DNA of 64,000 nucleotides, from positions 1 through 64,000 of IMG/VR virus record IMGVR_UViG_3300045391_000912. One strand, written 5' to 3'. A program made the translations under genes and the position numbers. Shown one piece after another: positions 25,493 through 34,388 of this stretch. Numbering within the stretch: the first letter of the stretch is position 1; every line of letters begins with the position of its first letter. Source of the stretch: a virus. The notes under the pieces are model-generated. The model worked only from the letters and a program-made list of their open reading frames with translations. It had not been told where the DNA came from and ran no database searches.

Positions 25493-25692
25493 AGCGCCCT
25501 GACGACATCGGCTGGCCCATGCTCAACCTGTTCCTGGCCTTAACACAGGTGGTCGTGATGGCCCTCGCTCACAACGCTTTCATTCTTTTCAACGCTCTGG
25601 TGGCCGTGTGGTGTGTGCTCATGGCCATCGTCAATGCCAACCGTTACCACGACAAGATGGAGAAGCTCCATGCGCAGGCCAGACTCGTTTGA
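25489..25692 (+). CDS. membrane protein (67 aa, 2 TM)
   Basis: ORF track. ATGA overlap with thyX. Confidence 0.6.
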   Translation: MKRPDDIGWPMLNLFLALTQVVVMALAHNAFILFNALVAVWCVLMAIVNANRYHDKMEKLHAQARLV

Positions 25693-25819
25693 CACCCCTC
25701 GAAGCGTCGGTGTCAGCTTCGTGGTCATGTGGGTGTTGGGGATCATCGCGTCGCTTAGCCTCAGTGCCGCCGCCATCTACCTGATCTACGAGGTAGCGCA
25801 GTACCTAAGCCGTCACTGA
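25670..25819 (+). CDS. membrane protein (49 aa)
   Basis: ORF-track frame 25613..25819. ATG 25670 behind GGAG. Confidence 0.45.
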   Translation: MRRPDSFDTPRSVGVSFVVMWVLGIIASLSLSAAAIYLIYEVAQYLSRH

Positions 25820-25823
25820 GCTG

Positions 25824-26249
25824 ATGGACCTCTGGGACTTGGTCTTCGTCGCCTTCGCCCTGGTGGGCGTGTACGTCATGCTCTACGCGGTCTTCTTCAA
25901 CCCGTACGCACCTAAGCGACCTAAGGCCATCGAGAACGTCGAGCCTGAGAAGCTGATTCTGATCGAGCCCTACGACGAGTTCGACATGTTCTGCTCGTGT
26001 CCGGCCTGCTACTGGTTGGGAAACCACGCGGTGGAGGTCAAGCCGTACAAGAAGGATCTGGCCGTGTGCTACGTGCCGATGGACGAGGTGACCGTCGGTA
26101 CCTGGCAGAACCCGAGGATCCGCACGGTCATGGACGACATGAAGCGCCGCACGGTAATGGACGACGCGTGGCACAGAGCTGGCTGGACGGCCCACCGAAC
26201 GTGCATACGCTGCGGCAACACCTGGACAACCCACGCCGACCCACCATAG
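25824..26249 (+). CDS. membrane-anchored Cys-rich protein (141 aa)
   Basis: ORF track. N-terminal TM helix. Confidence 0.65.
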   Translation: MDLWDLVFVAFALVGVYVMLYAVFFNPYAPKRPKAIENVEPEKLILIEPYDEFDMFCSCPACYWLGNHAVEVKPYKKDLAVCYVPMDEVTVGTWQNPRIRTVMDDMKRRTVMDDAWHRAGWTAHRTCIRCGNTWTTHADPP

Positions 26250-26258
26250 GAGGAATCA

Positions 26259-26801
26259 GTGAAGACTTACATGAGCCCGAACCGCGTAGACCGTGCGGGT
26301 TGGCCGGAAGGCCCTTGGGACGACGAACCCGACAAGATTTCCTGGACGGATGAGCTGACCGGCTACCCGTGCCTGATCGTCCGTAACCACCTGGGCGGTC
26401 TCTGCGGGTACGTGGCGGTGAACTCGGACCACCCGCTCTACGGCCTCGACTACGACTCGGTGGACGTAGATGTGCATGGTGGTCTCACCTACGCCGACAA
26501 GTGCCAGGAGACCAGCAGTGAAGCCGAAGGAATCTGCCACGTTCCGGAGCCGGGCCAGCCGGAGGACGTGTGGTGGTTCGGGTTCGACTGCGTGCACGGC
26601 GGCGATGTCGCGCCCTACATGCTGAAATTCGACCTTCCCCGTTACGCGTCCGAGACCGAGACCTACAAGGACGTCGCGTACGTGGCCGGGGAAGTGTGGC
26701 GGCTGGCTAAGCAGCTAAGGGACCTGGGTGAGGCTAAGGAGATTGAAGTTGGTCAGGAAGAAGAACCGGAAGGCTGTACGGGTGGCCCGAGCGCGCAATA
26801 A
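26259..26801 (+). CDS. conserved-looking phage protein (GPWDDEPDK motif)
   Basis: ORF track. GTG behind AGGAGG. Confidence 0.7.
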   Translation: MKTYMSPNRVDRAGWPEGPWDDEPDKISWTDELTGYPCLIVRNHLGGLCGYVAVNSDHPLYGLDYDSVDVDVHGGLTYADKCQETSSEAEGICHVPEPGQPEDVWWFGFDCVHGGDVAPYMLKFDLPRYASETETYKDVAYVAGEVWRLAKQLRDLGEAKEIEVGQEEEPEGCTGGPSAQ

Positions 26802-26922
26802 GACCCGGATCTGTCGGCCAACCAACCCCCGAGCCGTTGTGTTGGAGCAGGACGACGGTACGTGGCTCGTGGAGGAAAGCAGCAAGTACCCAGCCCGACG
26901 ACAGGCTAAGGAACCTAAGCCG

Positions 26923-27417
26923 ATGGCAACGATTGAGGAGAAGCTGACCCCCGTGGCAGTGGACGCGGCAACCCGTAAGACCTTGGCCAGCAAGCAGGAC
27001 GTGGACAACCTCTACGACCTGTTCCGCAAGCTGGAAGCCCGAGTGGACGACGTGATCGAGAACAACCTCCGACACGAGTCCCAGCTAGATCACCTCCGGG
27101 ATACCGTGACGCGGTTCGGCTCTAAGCTCCAGAGCTTGGTCGGAGACATCCAGAGTGGGCCCCGCTACAGCAAGCCGCGCATCAACAAGCGGAGCCTGAA
27201 GACAGAGGCGACCATCCGCGAGTGGTTCGAGAACAACCCGCTGCTCCAGAGTTCCAAGGGCATCTGCGCGAACCTGGGCATCACCGAGAAGGGCGACCAG
27301 ATCCACTACGCCGCCCGACTCAAGTGCATGTCGGAAGCTGGAGAGCTAGAGGTCATCCATGTGGGTCGGGAAGCTTTCTACCGGCCGATCCCCGACGAGG
27401 TTGAAGAGGAGTCTTAG
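26923..27417 (+). CDS. coiled-coil / winged-helix-like protein (164 aa)
   Basis: ORF-track frame 26728..27417. ATG 26923 chosen to avoid overlap with the upstream gene. The start remains uncertain. Confidence 0.55.
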   Translation: MATIEEKLTPVAVDAATRKTLASKQDVDNLYDLFRKLEARVDDVIENNLRHESQLDHLRDTVTRFGSKLQSLVGDIQSGPRYSKPRINKRSLKTEATIREWFENNPLLQSSKGICANLGITEKGDQIHYAARLKCMSEAGELEVIHVGREAFYRPIPDEVEEES

Positions 27418-27870
27418 GTGCACTACCCCGAAGAGCTATTGGATGAAGGCTTCGATAACGGGACCATGCCGGACAACGTGGAAAGGCTGCGTCAGGCCGT
27501 GGTCGGGCATCGAATCGTCCGGGCTGAACGCAGAGAGATCACGATGGAGTCCTGGCCCGGCTCTACGCTTCTGGAGACCTTCAACGGCCTTGTGATCACG
27601 CTGGATGACGGTACCGAGGTCGCGCTTGTCGACTCTTACGACTGTTGCGCGTTCACCGAATTGCAGTCGTTTCTCCTACACCCTGATCGGGTCGAGCACG
27701 TCATCACGGGGGTAGGCACCACGGACGGTTACGACACCTGGCACATCTTCGCGGACATGGGGGACGTGCTGGCGCTGAACCTGACCTGGTCGTCCGGTAA
27801 CCCGTTCTACTACGGCTACGGGTTCACCATCAAGGTCATCCCGCTGCGGCCCGAACCGGACGAAATCTGA
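27418..27870 (+). CDS. hypothetical protein (150 aa)
   Basis: ORF track. GTG behind GAGGAG. Confidence 0.7.
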   Translation: MHYPEELLDEGFDNGTMPDNVERLRQAVVGHRIVRAERREITMESWPGSTLLETFNGLVITLDDGTEVALVDSYDCCAFTELQSFLLHPDRVEHVITGVGTTDGYDTWHIFADMGDVLALNLTWSSGNPFYYGYGFTIKVIPLRPEPDEI

Positions 27871-28013
27871 TGTGGGCCGCGTTGAAAGCCGCGTGGCGTG
27901 ACTGGTGGGACCGTGACGTCTGTGGCCTGTGTGGCACGACGGGCTGCCTGGAAGAGAACGAGATTCTGTGCTGGTGGGCCGGACTACCGGAGAGTGAGGG
28001 GCCGCGTGTCTGA
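27870..28013 (+). CDS. 47-aa Cys/Trp-rich peptide
   Basis: Reads MWAALKAAWRDWWDRDVCGLCGTTGCLEENEILCWWAGLPESEGPRV. Overlap-coupled. Confidence 0.4.
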   Translation: MWAALKAAWRDWWDRDVCGLCGTTGCLEENEILCWWAGLPESEGPRV

Positions 28014-28467
28014 CCGGCCGAGTGTCAACCGGATGCTCCTGGACATGGCCCGTGTGACCGCGTCCAGGAGCACGTGTTCTAGGCTTGCCGTCGGGGCTGT
28101 AATCGCCTACGACGGCCGAGTGCTGAGTACCGGGTACAACGGGGCTCCCAGCGGTCTGACTCACTGTAGACACGATCCTGGGGACGATTCTCGATGCACG
28201 ATCTCGGTACACGCGGAGGCCAATGCGATAGTCCAGGCGGCGAGGCACGGCGTTCGGACCGCTGGCAGCTCCCTCTACGTAACACATGCACCCTGCCTGG
28301 CCTGCTCAGGTTTGATCTTGAATGCTGGCATCCGGGCTGTGTGGTTCGAGGAGTACTACCGCAGCGACGCTGGAGTAGCGCGGCTAAGGCAGGCCAAGGT
28401 CTCGTGTAACTACGTCTCCGACCAGGACGAGACTTCCACGAAATCAGCGCCCTGGAAGTGGTGGTAG
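28006..28467 (+). CDS. dCMP deaminase
   Basis: Motifs HAEANAI and PCLACSGLI (zinc ligands) after RSTCSRLAVGAV. Start placed at GTG 28006. Confidence 0.85.
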   Translation: MSDRPSVNRMLLDMARVTASRSTCSRLAVGAVIAYDGRVLSTGYNGAPSGLTHCRHDPGDDSRCTISVHAEANAIVQAARHGVRTAGSSLYVTHAPCLACSGLILNAGIRAVWFEEYYRSDAGVARLRQAKVSCNYVSDQDETSTKSAPWKWW

Positions 28468-28592
28468 GGACCGAAGTCCTTAGGTTTACAGGGGCCTCAA
28501 GCATCACTTTCGCTGAGGAAAGTCCCTGGTGACACAGGGTTTTCTCATCGATCTCGAACTTTCAATCGACCAAACGAGTGACTTAATTAACT

Positions 28593-28627
28593 ATGGGTTG
28601 ACAAGTAGGCGGGGTGGACGGACCGTT
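28593..28627 (+). promoter_or_regulatory. putative promoter
   Basis: GGGTTGACA after an AT-rich stretch (TTAATTAACTAT). The -10 element is unclear. Confidence 0.3.
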
Positions 28628-28668
28628 AGTTGTGCACGACACATCCACCCAACAAGGGAGTACCGCAA

Positions 28669-29472
28669 GTGAGTATTCAAGCCGAAGTCGAGGTCATCAC
28701 CCCTGAGAGGGCGCAAACCCTCCTGGAGAAGATGGACGTGAACCGCGCCGTCCGGGAGGGCCGTGTCAAGTCCTACGCTTCTGACCTCAAGTCGGGGAAC
28801 TGGTTGCTGACCGGGGAATCGATCAAGCTGGACAACGCGGGCGTGCTCATCGATGGGCAGCACCGGTTGCTAGCGGTCATCGAGTCCGGAATGGACCTGG
28901 AGACCGTAGTCGTCTACGGAATCGACCCCGACGCACAGATCGCCATGGACGCGGGAGCCGTAAGGTCCCTGGCCGACCACCTGAAGTTCGCGGGAGAGGC
29001 CCACTATCGAACGTTGGCCGCCGCCCTGATCGTGAGGCACAACCGCCTACAGGGCACTCCCACGAAGCACGACGCACCCACCCACCAGCGGGCTTTGGCC
29101 ATCCTTAGGGAGTCTCCGGGCCTGCGTGACAGCGTCGAGGCAACCCTAGGCGTCGCTAGAAGCCCGCTAAGACTTCCTGGGGGCTTCGTGGCCGCACTGC
29201 ACTACGAAATGAGCGACATCAACTCCGACGACGCGGAGCGGTTCTGGGACCAGGTCATTCGAGGGGTCGGCCTGGAAGAGGACAGCGCCATCATGCGGCT
29301 TAGGGAACGACTCCTGGCCAACGCCGCGTCCAAGAACGTCAAGCTAGATCGGGTGATGGTGTGGGCTCTCGTAATCAAGGCATGGAACGCATTCCGCGAA
29401 GGTACGCCGGTCAAGCAGCTCCGGTGGCGTCGCGGAGGTTCCGACCCGGAGCCCTTCCCCACCCTGAAGTAG
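28669..29472 (+). CDS. ParB-like nuclease-domain protein
   Basis: GTG 28669 behind AAGGGAG. ParB N-terminal-type motif LIDGQHRLLAV. Confidence 0.7.
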   Translation: MSIQAEVEVITPERAQTLLEKMDVNRAVREGRVKSYASDLKSGNWLLTGESIKLDNAGVLIDGQHRLLAVIESGMDLETVVVYGIDPDAQIAMDAGAVRSLADHLKFAGEAHYRTLAAALIVRHNRLQGTPTKHDAPTHQRALAILRESPGLRDSVEATLGVARSPLRLPGGFVAALHYEMSDINSDDAERFWDQVIRGVGLEEDSAIMRLRERLLANAASKNVKLDRVMVWALVIKAWNAFREGTPVKQLRWRRGGSDPEPFPTLK

Positions 29473-29480
29473 TCGGCAGC

Positions 29481-29525
29481 ACGTAAAGAGCCCCAACTCT
29501 AGACCTAGGTTGGGGCTCTTTACGT
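29481..29525. terminator. bidirectional terminator between convergent genes
   Basis: 17-bp perfect stem ACGTAAAGAGCCCCAAC / GTTGGGGCTCTTTACGT. Confidence 0.8.
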
Positions 29526-29534
29526 TGCGGGGGC

Positions 29535-31631
29535 TTACTTGATCGGCGTGGCCTTGTCGCCCGGCAGTAGCAGCTGCGGAACCTGCGTGAAGGTCCAGTT
29601 CTTACCGTCGTCCGACGTGAACACCCAGTACATGTCGAACCGCTTGCCGTCCCAAGCCGTAGGTAGGCCGGGGCTGATCTTGCCGAAGAGCTTGCACGTG
29701 TTCACGATCGCCGTGTGCTCCAGGCAGACCATCGTGACATCGAGCCGCTGGGCCAACCACGGGCCGAGAGTCTTGTAGTCCTTCTCAGCGTCGTAGCGGG
29801 TGTTCATCGGGAGCCCGGCGGCCTGCTGGTACGGCTGGATCGTCTTAAGCGGCCTGTTCGAGGCTGTGGTGCCCTTGGAGGCGATGCAGCGGTCCGGCTT
29901 AGGTAGACCGGCCGGTTGCTTCCCCGCGAGCCACTGGGCCTTGAAAGCCTCCGCGCGCTGCCTCCCCTTGGCCGACAGCTCGTGCAGGGTGTCATCCTTC
30001 CCGTCAGCGTTGTCGTCCTTCTCGCCGTGCCTTAGCACGATGATCGTCCGCTTAGCCTTAGGAATTGTCTGCGGGATGGGCTGCGTGGGAGGCGGCTCGG
30101 ACACTAGGGAATCAGGCCCCTTACCTGGAGTTACATCCAGACCGATGGATCCGTACTTGCCGGTCACCACATTGTCTTCGTAGAACTTGATCCCGACGCT
30201 TAGGTCACCGGTCTCAACGATCTTGTCGGCCTCACCGGCGAAGGTGTTCCGCGTGATGTGCACGTTGTCGATGTCATCGAACTTCAAGCACTGGTAGCCG
30301 TACGTCTTGAAGTAGTTCCCGTCGACCAGCCAGTTCTTGGAATCGCCGGTACCGCCACCGCCGCCGTCCGTGCTGGCCCGGCCTTCCGCCATGACGCCCT
30401 GGTGCAGGTAGCCAGGATCCGACTTGGGCGGCCCGTTGATTCGGTTGCCCCGGATGATCACGTTGGAGCTAGGCAGCTTAGAAGGCGTATTCCAGGTCTG
30501 GATGCCGTCCGTATGGGAGCCGCCTGGATCGCCCTTGACGAGGTTGTCGATGTTGTTGTTAAGGATCTGCGTGCCATCGCCGAAGAAGCTGATGCCGTTG
30601 ATGTCGTCAGGATCCGACACCTCCGAGACATCGTTGCTGCGGATGACGTTGTTCTTGCCGATCGAGTAGATTCCCGCGTTACCGGCGCCCTTGACCCTGA
30701 AGTTCTGGACGGTCACGTTATCCGCGTTGATCGTGATCTTCCTGACCGTGTTGCCCTGGCCGTCGTAGACCTTACCGCTGGCCGAGGGGCCGAGGGTCAG
30801 CTCAACCGGCTGGGCGGGCGTGAAGAGCACCGCGTTAGGCCCGGAAGCCGTCGGGGTGCTGCCGACGCCTACCTTGGAGTCCACTGGCGACGGTACTGTC
30901 CCACCCGGAGGTACCTGGGCCTGAAACGTGACCCGACCGGGCTTAGCTCCGTGGGTGATCTCCAGGCCGTAGTACCTGGTGGATCCGGTGTTGTACGAGG
31001 TGACCGGGTCGGCGTTCGACTTGTTGGCCTGGGTGTAGGCGCCCGCCTTGAAGTAAGCCCCGGTGAGCTTAGATGCGTCCAGGGTGGCGACGAGTGTGCC
31101 GTTGAAGTAGGCCAGGCACTTACCGCCGCCCACCACGAACGCGAGGTCCACGGCGGTTCCGAGCACGTACTTGTCCGTGACCAGCTTGTAGTGCGTGTTG
31201 TCGCCCGAGGTCACCCAGAGGCTCGACCCCTCAAGCCGGAACACCGAGTAGTCGTCTGCGGCGTCGTGGATCTGGCCGCCGACGACGTGAGGCTTACCGG
31301 TCGGAAGGCTTGTCCAGGCGATCCGCTGGAGCATGGTGTGGTACTTGCCGTCGCTACCACTCCAGGCGGCCTTGTCGGCGCCGAGCATTTCCCGAAGCTC
31401 CGAGCGGGGGTAGCCGGAGCCGGACGTGGTGAGGCCGGTAACCGGGGCCAAGAACGCTACGTATGATCCGTTGGCATCTACGCCCTGTGTGAAGTAAGGC
31501 GCGTAGGTGTTCTTGACCAGGGCGTCCGCAAGCTTGGACCCGGCCACCTCTCCCGGACCCTTAGACCCATCCACGGAGATGGGCAGGGTGATCTTCCAGT
31601 TGGTGAAGTCGATAACTGGCGCGGCAGTCAT
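29535..31631 (-). CDS. three-module enzyme: PL7 (alginate-lyase-2-like) domain + right-handed beta-helix + C-terminal histidine phosphatase
   Basis: ATG 31631 behind GAAGGGG. PL7 motifs WKITLPI, YPRSELREM, GGQIHD and YFKAGAYTQ. Beta-helix repeats (NNIDNLV, HTDGIQTW). The RHGE motif (IIVLRHGEKDD) plus a later CLEH histidine. Confidence 0.75.
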   Translation of the reverse strand: MTAAPVIDFTNWKITLPISVDGSKGPGEVAGSKLADALVKNTYAPYFTQGVDANGSYVAFLAPVTGLTTSGSGYPRSELREMLGADKAAWSGSDGKYHTMLQRIAWTSLPTGKPHVVGGQIHDAADDYSVFRLEGSSLWVTSGDNTHYKLVTDKYVLGTAVDLAFVVGGGKCLAYFNGTLVATLDASKLTGAYFKAGAYTQANKSNADPVTSYNTGSTRYYGLEITHGAKPGRVTFQAQVPPGGTVPSPVDSKVGVGSTPTASGPNAVLFTPAQPVELTLGPSASGKVYDGQGNTVRKITINADNVTVQNFRVKGAGNAGIYSIGKNNVIRSNDVSEVSDPDDINGISFFGDGTQILNNNIDNLVKGDPGGSHTDGIQTWNTPSKLPSSNVIIRGNRINGPPKSDPGYLHQGVMAEGRASTDGGGGGTGDSKNWLVDGNYFKTYGYQCLKFDDIDNVHITRNTFAGEADKIVETGDLSVGIKFYEDNVVTGKYGSIGLDVTPGKGPDSLVSEPPPTQPIPQTIPKAKRTIIVLRHGEKDDNADGKDDTLHELSAKGRQRAEAFKAQWLAGKQPAGLPKPDRCIASKGTTASNRPLKTIQPYQQAAGLPMNTRYDAEKDYKTLGPWLAQRLDVTMVCLEHTAIVNTCKLFGKISPGLPTAWDGKRFDMYWVFTSDDGKNWTFTQVPQLLLPGDKATPIK

Positions 31632-31641
31632 GATGCCCCTT

Positions 31642-31800
31642 CTAGTACCAGTACCTACGGCCGCCGACCGGGTGTCCCACACCACCCAGGACGAGCAGAA
31701 CCAGACCGAGGACGATCAAGATCCAGCCGAGGGTGGCTACGAACGCCGGAACAGGCAGGAGGTAGCCGAGGATGAGCAGGAGAACTCCGAGAATAATCAT
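31642..31800 (-). CDS. 52-aa two-TM membrane protein (holin-like)
   Basis: Reads MIILGVLLLILGYLLPVPAFVATLGWILIVLGLVLLVLGGVGHPVGGRRYWY. Below the ORF-track cut-off. Confidence 0.5.
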   Translation of the reverse strand: MIILGVLLLILGYLLPVPAFVATLGWILIVLGLVLLVLGGVGHPVGGRRYWY

Positions 31801-31803
31801 GAC

Positions 31804-32217
31804 TTAGATTACCCCGCCGGAGCCGTCGTCATACCCGAGCTTGGAAGCCGGAGGAGTCGTGTTAGCGACCGGCACCTCATCGCCGTAGATGTTGATCGGT
31901 GCCTCGACCTGCCCACGCAGCCAGAACGCCACGCCAACGGTGATCGCGGTCATGATGCCGACCTGCTCGTCCGAGGACAGGTGCAGGCCGAATGCGCTAG
32001 CCAGCGACAGGAGGGCTCCAGCGACTCCGGAGAGCCCCGCGAGCGCCTTCTCGCCCACTACCTTCCAGGCCACCACGAAGCCCGCTACGGCCAGCACAGC
32101 GGCGTCTACGATGCCCTGAGTACCGGGCGACCAGTGGGTGAAGTACGCCGAGACCAACATGATCAGCGCGGCGGACAGCTTGGCGAACAGCGCGGGCTCG
32201 CGGCCGAAAATCTTCAT
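31804..32217 (-). CDS. multi-TM membrane protein (holin candidate)
   Basis: ORF track. About 4 hydrophobic helices, in the lysis-cassette position. Confidence 0.65.
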   Translation of the reverse strand: MKIFGREPALFAKLSAALIMLVSAYFTHWSPGTQGIVDAAVLAVAGFVVAWKVVGEKALAGLSGVAGALLSLASAFGLHLSSDEQVGIMTAITVGVAFWLRGQVEAPINIYGDEVPVANTTPPASKLGYDDGSGGVI

Positions 32218-32435
32218 CGTTGTGCATCCTTGTCAGGGAGGGGGTAATTGTGTACGTGCCAGCCCAAGATAAGCCCGCCGACAGCGATCGGAATGCCTAA
32301 CCGCAGTACGGCCAGGGTCTCGCTGAGAGGCGGGTGACACTTGTGCTTGATCGACGGGTATTCCATGATCCCGAAGGACCCCACGAGCGCACCTAGCCAG
32401 TACTGCCACAGCCTAGGGTGCTTGAGGCGGCACAT
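32214..32435 (-). CDS. 73-aa two-TM membrane protein (holin candidate)
   Basis: ORF-track frame 32214..32726 trimmed to ATG 32435, just after the endolysin stop. Confidence 0.55.
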   Translation of the reverse strand: MCRLKHPRLWQYWLGALVGSFGIMEYPSIKHKCHPPLSETLAVLRLGIPIAVGGLILGWHVHNYPLPDKDAQR

Positions 32436-32439
32436 GGGC

Positions 32440-33213
32440 TTACGGAAGCTTAGCCAGCAACTGCTGGAGCAGGGCGTTGGTCTCTGCCTGCCCCTTGACC
32501 AGCTTGTCCAAGGCGTCCCGCTCGACTTCGGAACTCCACCTGACGTCCCGATCGAGCGCGGCGTACTTGCCCGCGAAGCCGTTGATGAAGTTGTTGATGT
32601 TGGCCAGTTGCCCGGCCTGGTTGGCGTCCAAGTCAGGAACCTCCTGTGCGATGGGTAGAAGCCGGGCCCCGAGAGGCTTAGCCCTGTTGTACCTAAGCGT
32701 GCGGTCCGCCAGCCCGTTATATCCACCGTTGATCAATCGGGTGGCTTCACGGACGTTGCCCTGATCGGAGGCCGCGTTAAGAGTCGTTCGGGCGACGGTC
32801 CAGTACCAGCTAGCCGCTAGGAAGCCCCACTTAGGGGTGGCCACGAGCGCTGGGCTGTAGATGAAGGTGTTCGCGTCGCTCACGTAGCCCCTGGCAAGGC
32901 ACCAGGCACCGAACTTGCCGTAGTTGAATCGACCGGTGAGCTGGATGGGCCCGCGACCCTTGAAAAGCTTGCCATCGCCTGGATGCGTGTTCCCGAGATC
33001 CCGGCGGCCTTCGTACGCGGCTCCGGAGGCGATCTCCTGCATGTAGAACAGACCCATGCTCTCGTGTCCGAGCTGGGCGCACCACATGGCTGCTCGGTTC
33101 ACGGTGGTGATACCGGCCGCGACCATGGCATTGTTCATCGGGCCGACGTAAGCCTGGTAAGCGGCCATGGAGAGCTGGCCGCCCATCGCGGTGGAGAGCG
33201 TAGCTGCATCCAT
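32440..33213 (-). CDS. endolysin, glycoside hydrolase family 19 type
   Basis: Motifs QLGHESMGLFYMQE and FKGRGPIQLTGRFNY are typical of GH19. Confidence 0.8.
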   Translation of the reverse strand: MDAATLSTAMGGQLSMAAYQAYVGPMNNAMVAAGITTVNRAAMWCAQLGHESMGLFYMQEIASGAAYEGRRDLGNTHPGDGKLFKGRGPIQLTGRFNYGKFGAWCLARGYVSDANTFIYSPALVATPKWGFLAASWYWTVARTTLNAASDQGNVREATRLINGGYNGLADRTLRYNRAKPLGARLLPIAQEVPDLDANQAGQLANINNFINGFAGKYAALDRDVRWSSEVERDALDKLVKGQAETNALLQQLLAKLP

Positions 33214-33226
33214 GGTCCAGCCCTCC

Positions 33227-34183
33227 TTAGCTTGTAACGCCGCTGCTGGTAACTACCTTAGTCCACGGACCAGGCGGGGGAGCGTCAACGAACTGCCAGC
33301 TCACTTGATCGTTTTCTCCGTCAAGCTCCTTGAAGCCCAGGCATCCGTTGAGCGCGGGAGATACGTCCAGTCCGGCGTTGTTGAAGTCCTTGTGCGCGGG
33401 CTTAGCGTTGTTAGCTCCGAACACGTAAGCGGTGTCGTGGTAGGCCGAGCCGCTGCTGGGCCCGGCGTCCTCGATCTGGCCATAGCACGTGTTGCCATTA
33501 GGCCCGACGAGCTTGACCCACCTGTTCTTCATGTAGCTGAAATTGGGATCCGAGCACTTACCGGCGTAACCGGGGTCGTTGGCCCACGGGATCACCTGAC
33601 AGCGGGTCTTGAAGCCGGTCGAGTCGTTGATGTCATCGAACGGCAGGTCCAAGTAGAACGGGTTCTCCTTAGGGGCCACCGAGGCGCTGCGAGGGAAGTA
33701 CCCGTTGTCGGGCTTACGGGCTTCGGTGTCGCACTTGTTCTTAGCCGGTACGCCATCACAGCCACCGATCGGCGACCCGGCGCAGTCAGTACCGCTACCA
33801 GCCACGCCGGTCTTAACTCCGGACCAGTGAAGAGCCCACTGGGAGTCGTAGGTGGAGCAGACCTGGGAGCCGTCTGGGAGCTTAGGGTCGAAGATTTCGC
33901 CCACCCAAAATGTGGTGGAGAAGATCCCGGTGTGTAGCGGGTAGGCCCGACCTTGGGGCTGTGGTGCCGAGGTGGGTGGTGGCGCGGGTGTGGTTACCAC
34001 GGTGGTCGGCTGCGGTGTGATCGTCGGGGTGACAGTGACCGGGGCCACGGTGGTTGACGCGGGAGCTGCGGAGGTGGGCTGTACCGACGCTGAGGGGCTC
34101 GTGGACGGCGTGGTGGGCGCTGCTACAGGGTCACACCCCACGAGAGCGAGCCAGGCGCTGAGAACGACGAAGAGACGCTTCAC
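33227..34183 (-). CDS. secreted lipoprotein, possible cell-wall-active accessory protein (RlpA/DPBB-like C-terminus by eye)
   Basis: Lipobox LALVGC, a Thr/Pro-rich linker, and a Cys-rich C-terminal domain with CYGQIEDAGP...LDVSPAL. Confidence 0.6.
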   Translation of the reverse strand: MKRLFVVLSAWLALVGCDPVAAPTTPSTSPSASVQPTSAAPASTTVAPVTVTPTITPQPTTVVTTPAPPPTSAPQPQGRAYPLHTGIFSTTFWVGEIFDPKLPDGSQVCSTYDSQWALHWSGVKTGVAGSGTDCAGSPIGGCDGVPAKNKCDTEARKPDNGYFPRSASVAPKENPFYLDLPFDDINDSTGFKTRCQVIPWANDPGYAGKCSDPNFSYMKNRWVKLVGPNGNTCYGQIEDAGPSSGSAYHDTAYVFGANNAKPAHKDFNNAGLDVSPALNGCLGFKELDGENDQVSWQFVDAPPPGPWTKVVTSSGVTS

Positions 34184-34214
34184 GCGGGTTCTCCACAGTG
34201 ATCTTTTTGAGGGT

Positions 34215-34289
34215 TGGGAGCGGGACCCGGACTTGAACCGGGATCGTACGGCTTATGAGGCCGCCAGGTTACCGTTACAACATCCCGCT
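34215..34289 (-). tRNA. tRNA-Met/Ile2 (CAT)
   Basis: Acceptor AGCGGGA/TCCCGCT, T arm CCCGG-TTCAAGT-CCGGG, anticodon loop CTCATAA. CCA is encoded. The D arm is irregular. Confidence 0.55.
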
Positions 34290-34309
34290 ACGTCAGCGTA
34301 CTACCTAGG

Positions 34310-34380
34310 CTAGGGCGATAGGACTCGAACCTATATTCAGGGAACCAAAATCCCTTGTCCTGCCATTGAACGACGCCCCA
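34310..34380 (-). tRNA. tRNA-Gln (TTG)
   Basis: Acceptor TGGGGCG/CGCCCTA, T arm ATAGG-TTCGAGT-CCTAT, anticodon loop TTTTGGT. Confidence 0.7.
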
Positions 34381-34388
34381 ATAAGCAA

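Noticed and set aside
32214-32726. A 170-aa ORF overlapping the 3' end of the endolysin gene.
   Set aside because: Only the last 73 codons, from ATG 32435 just after the endolysin stop, look like a real two-TM protein. The upstream part is a Ser/Thr/Pro-rich shadow frame.
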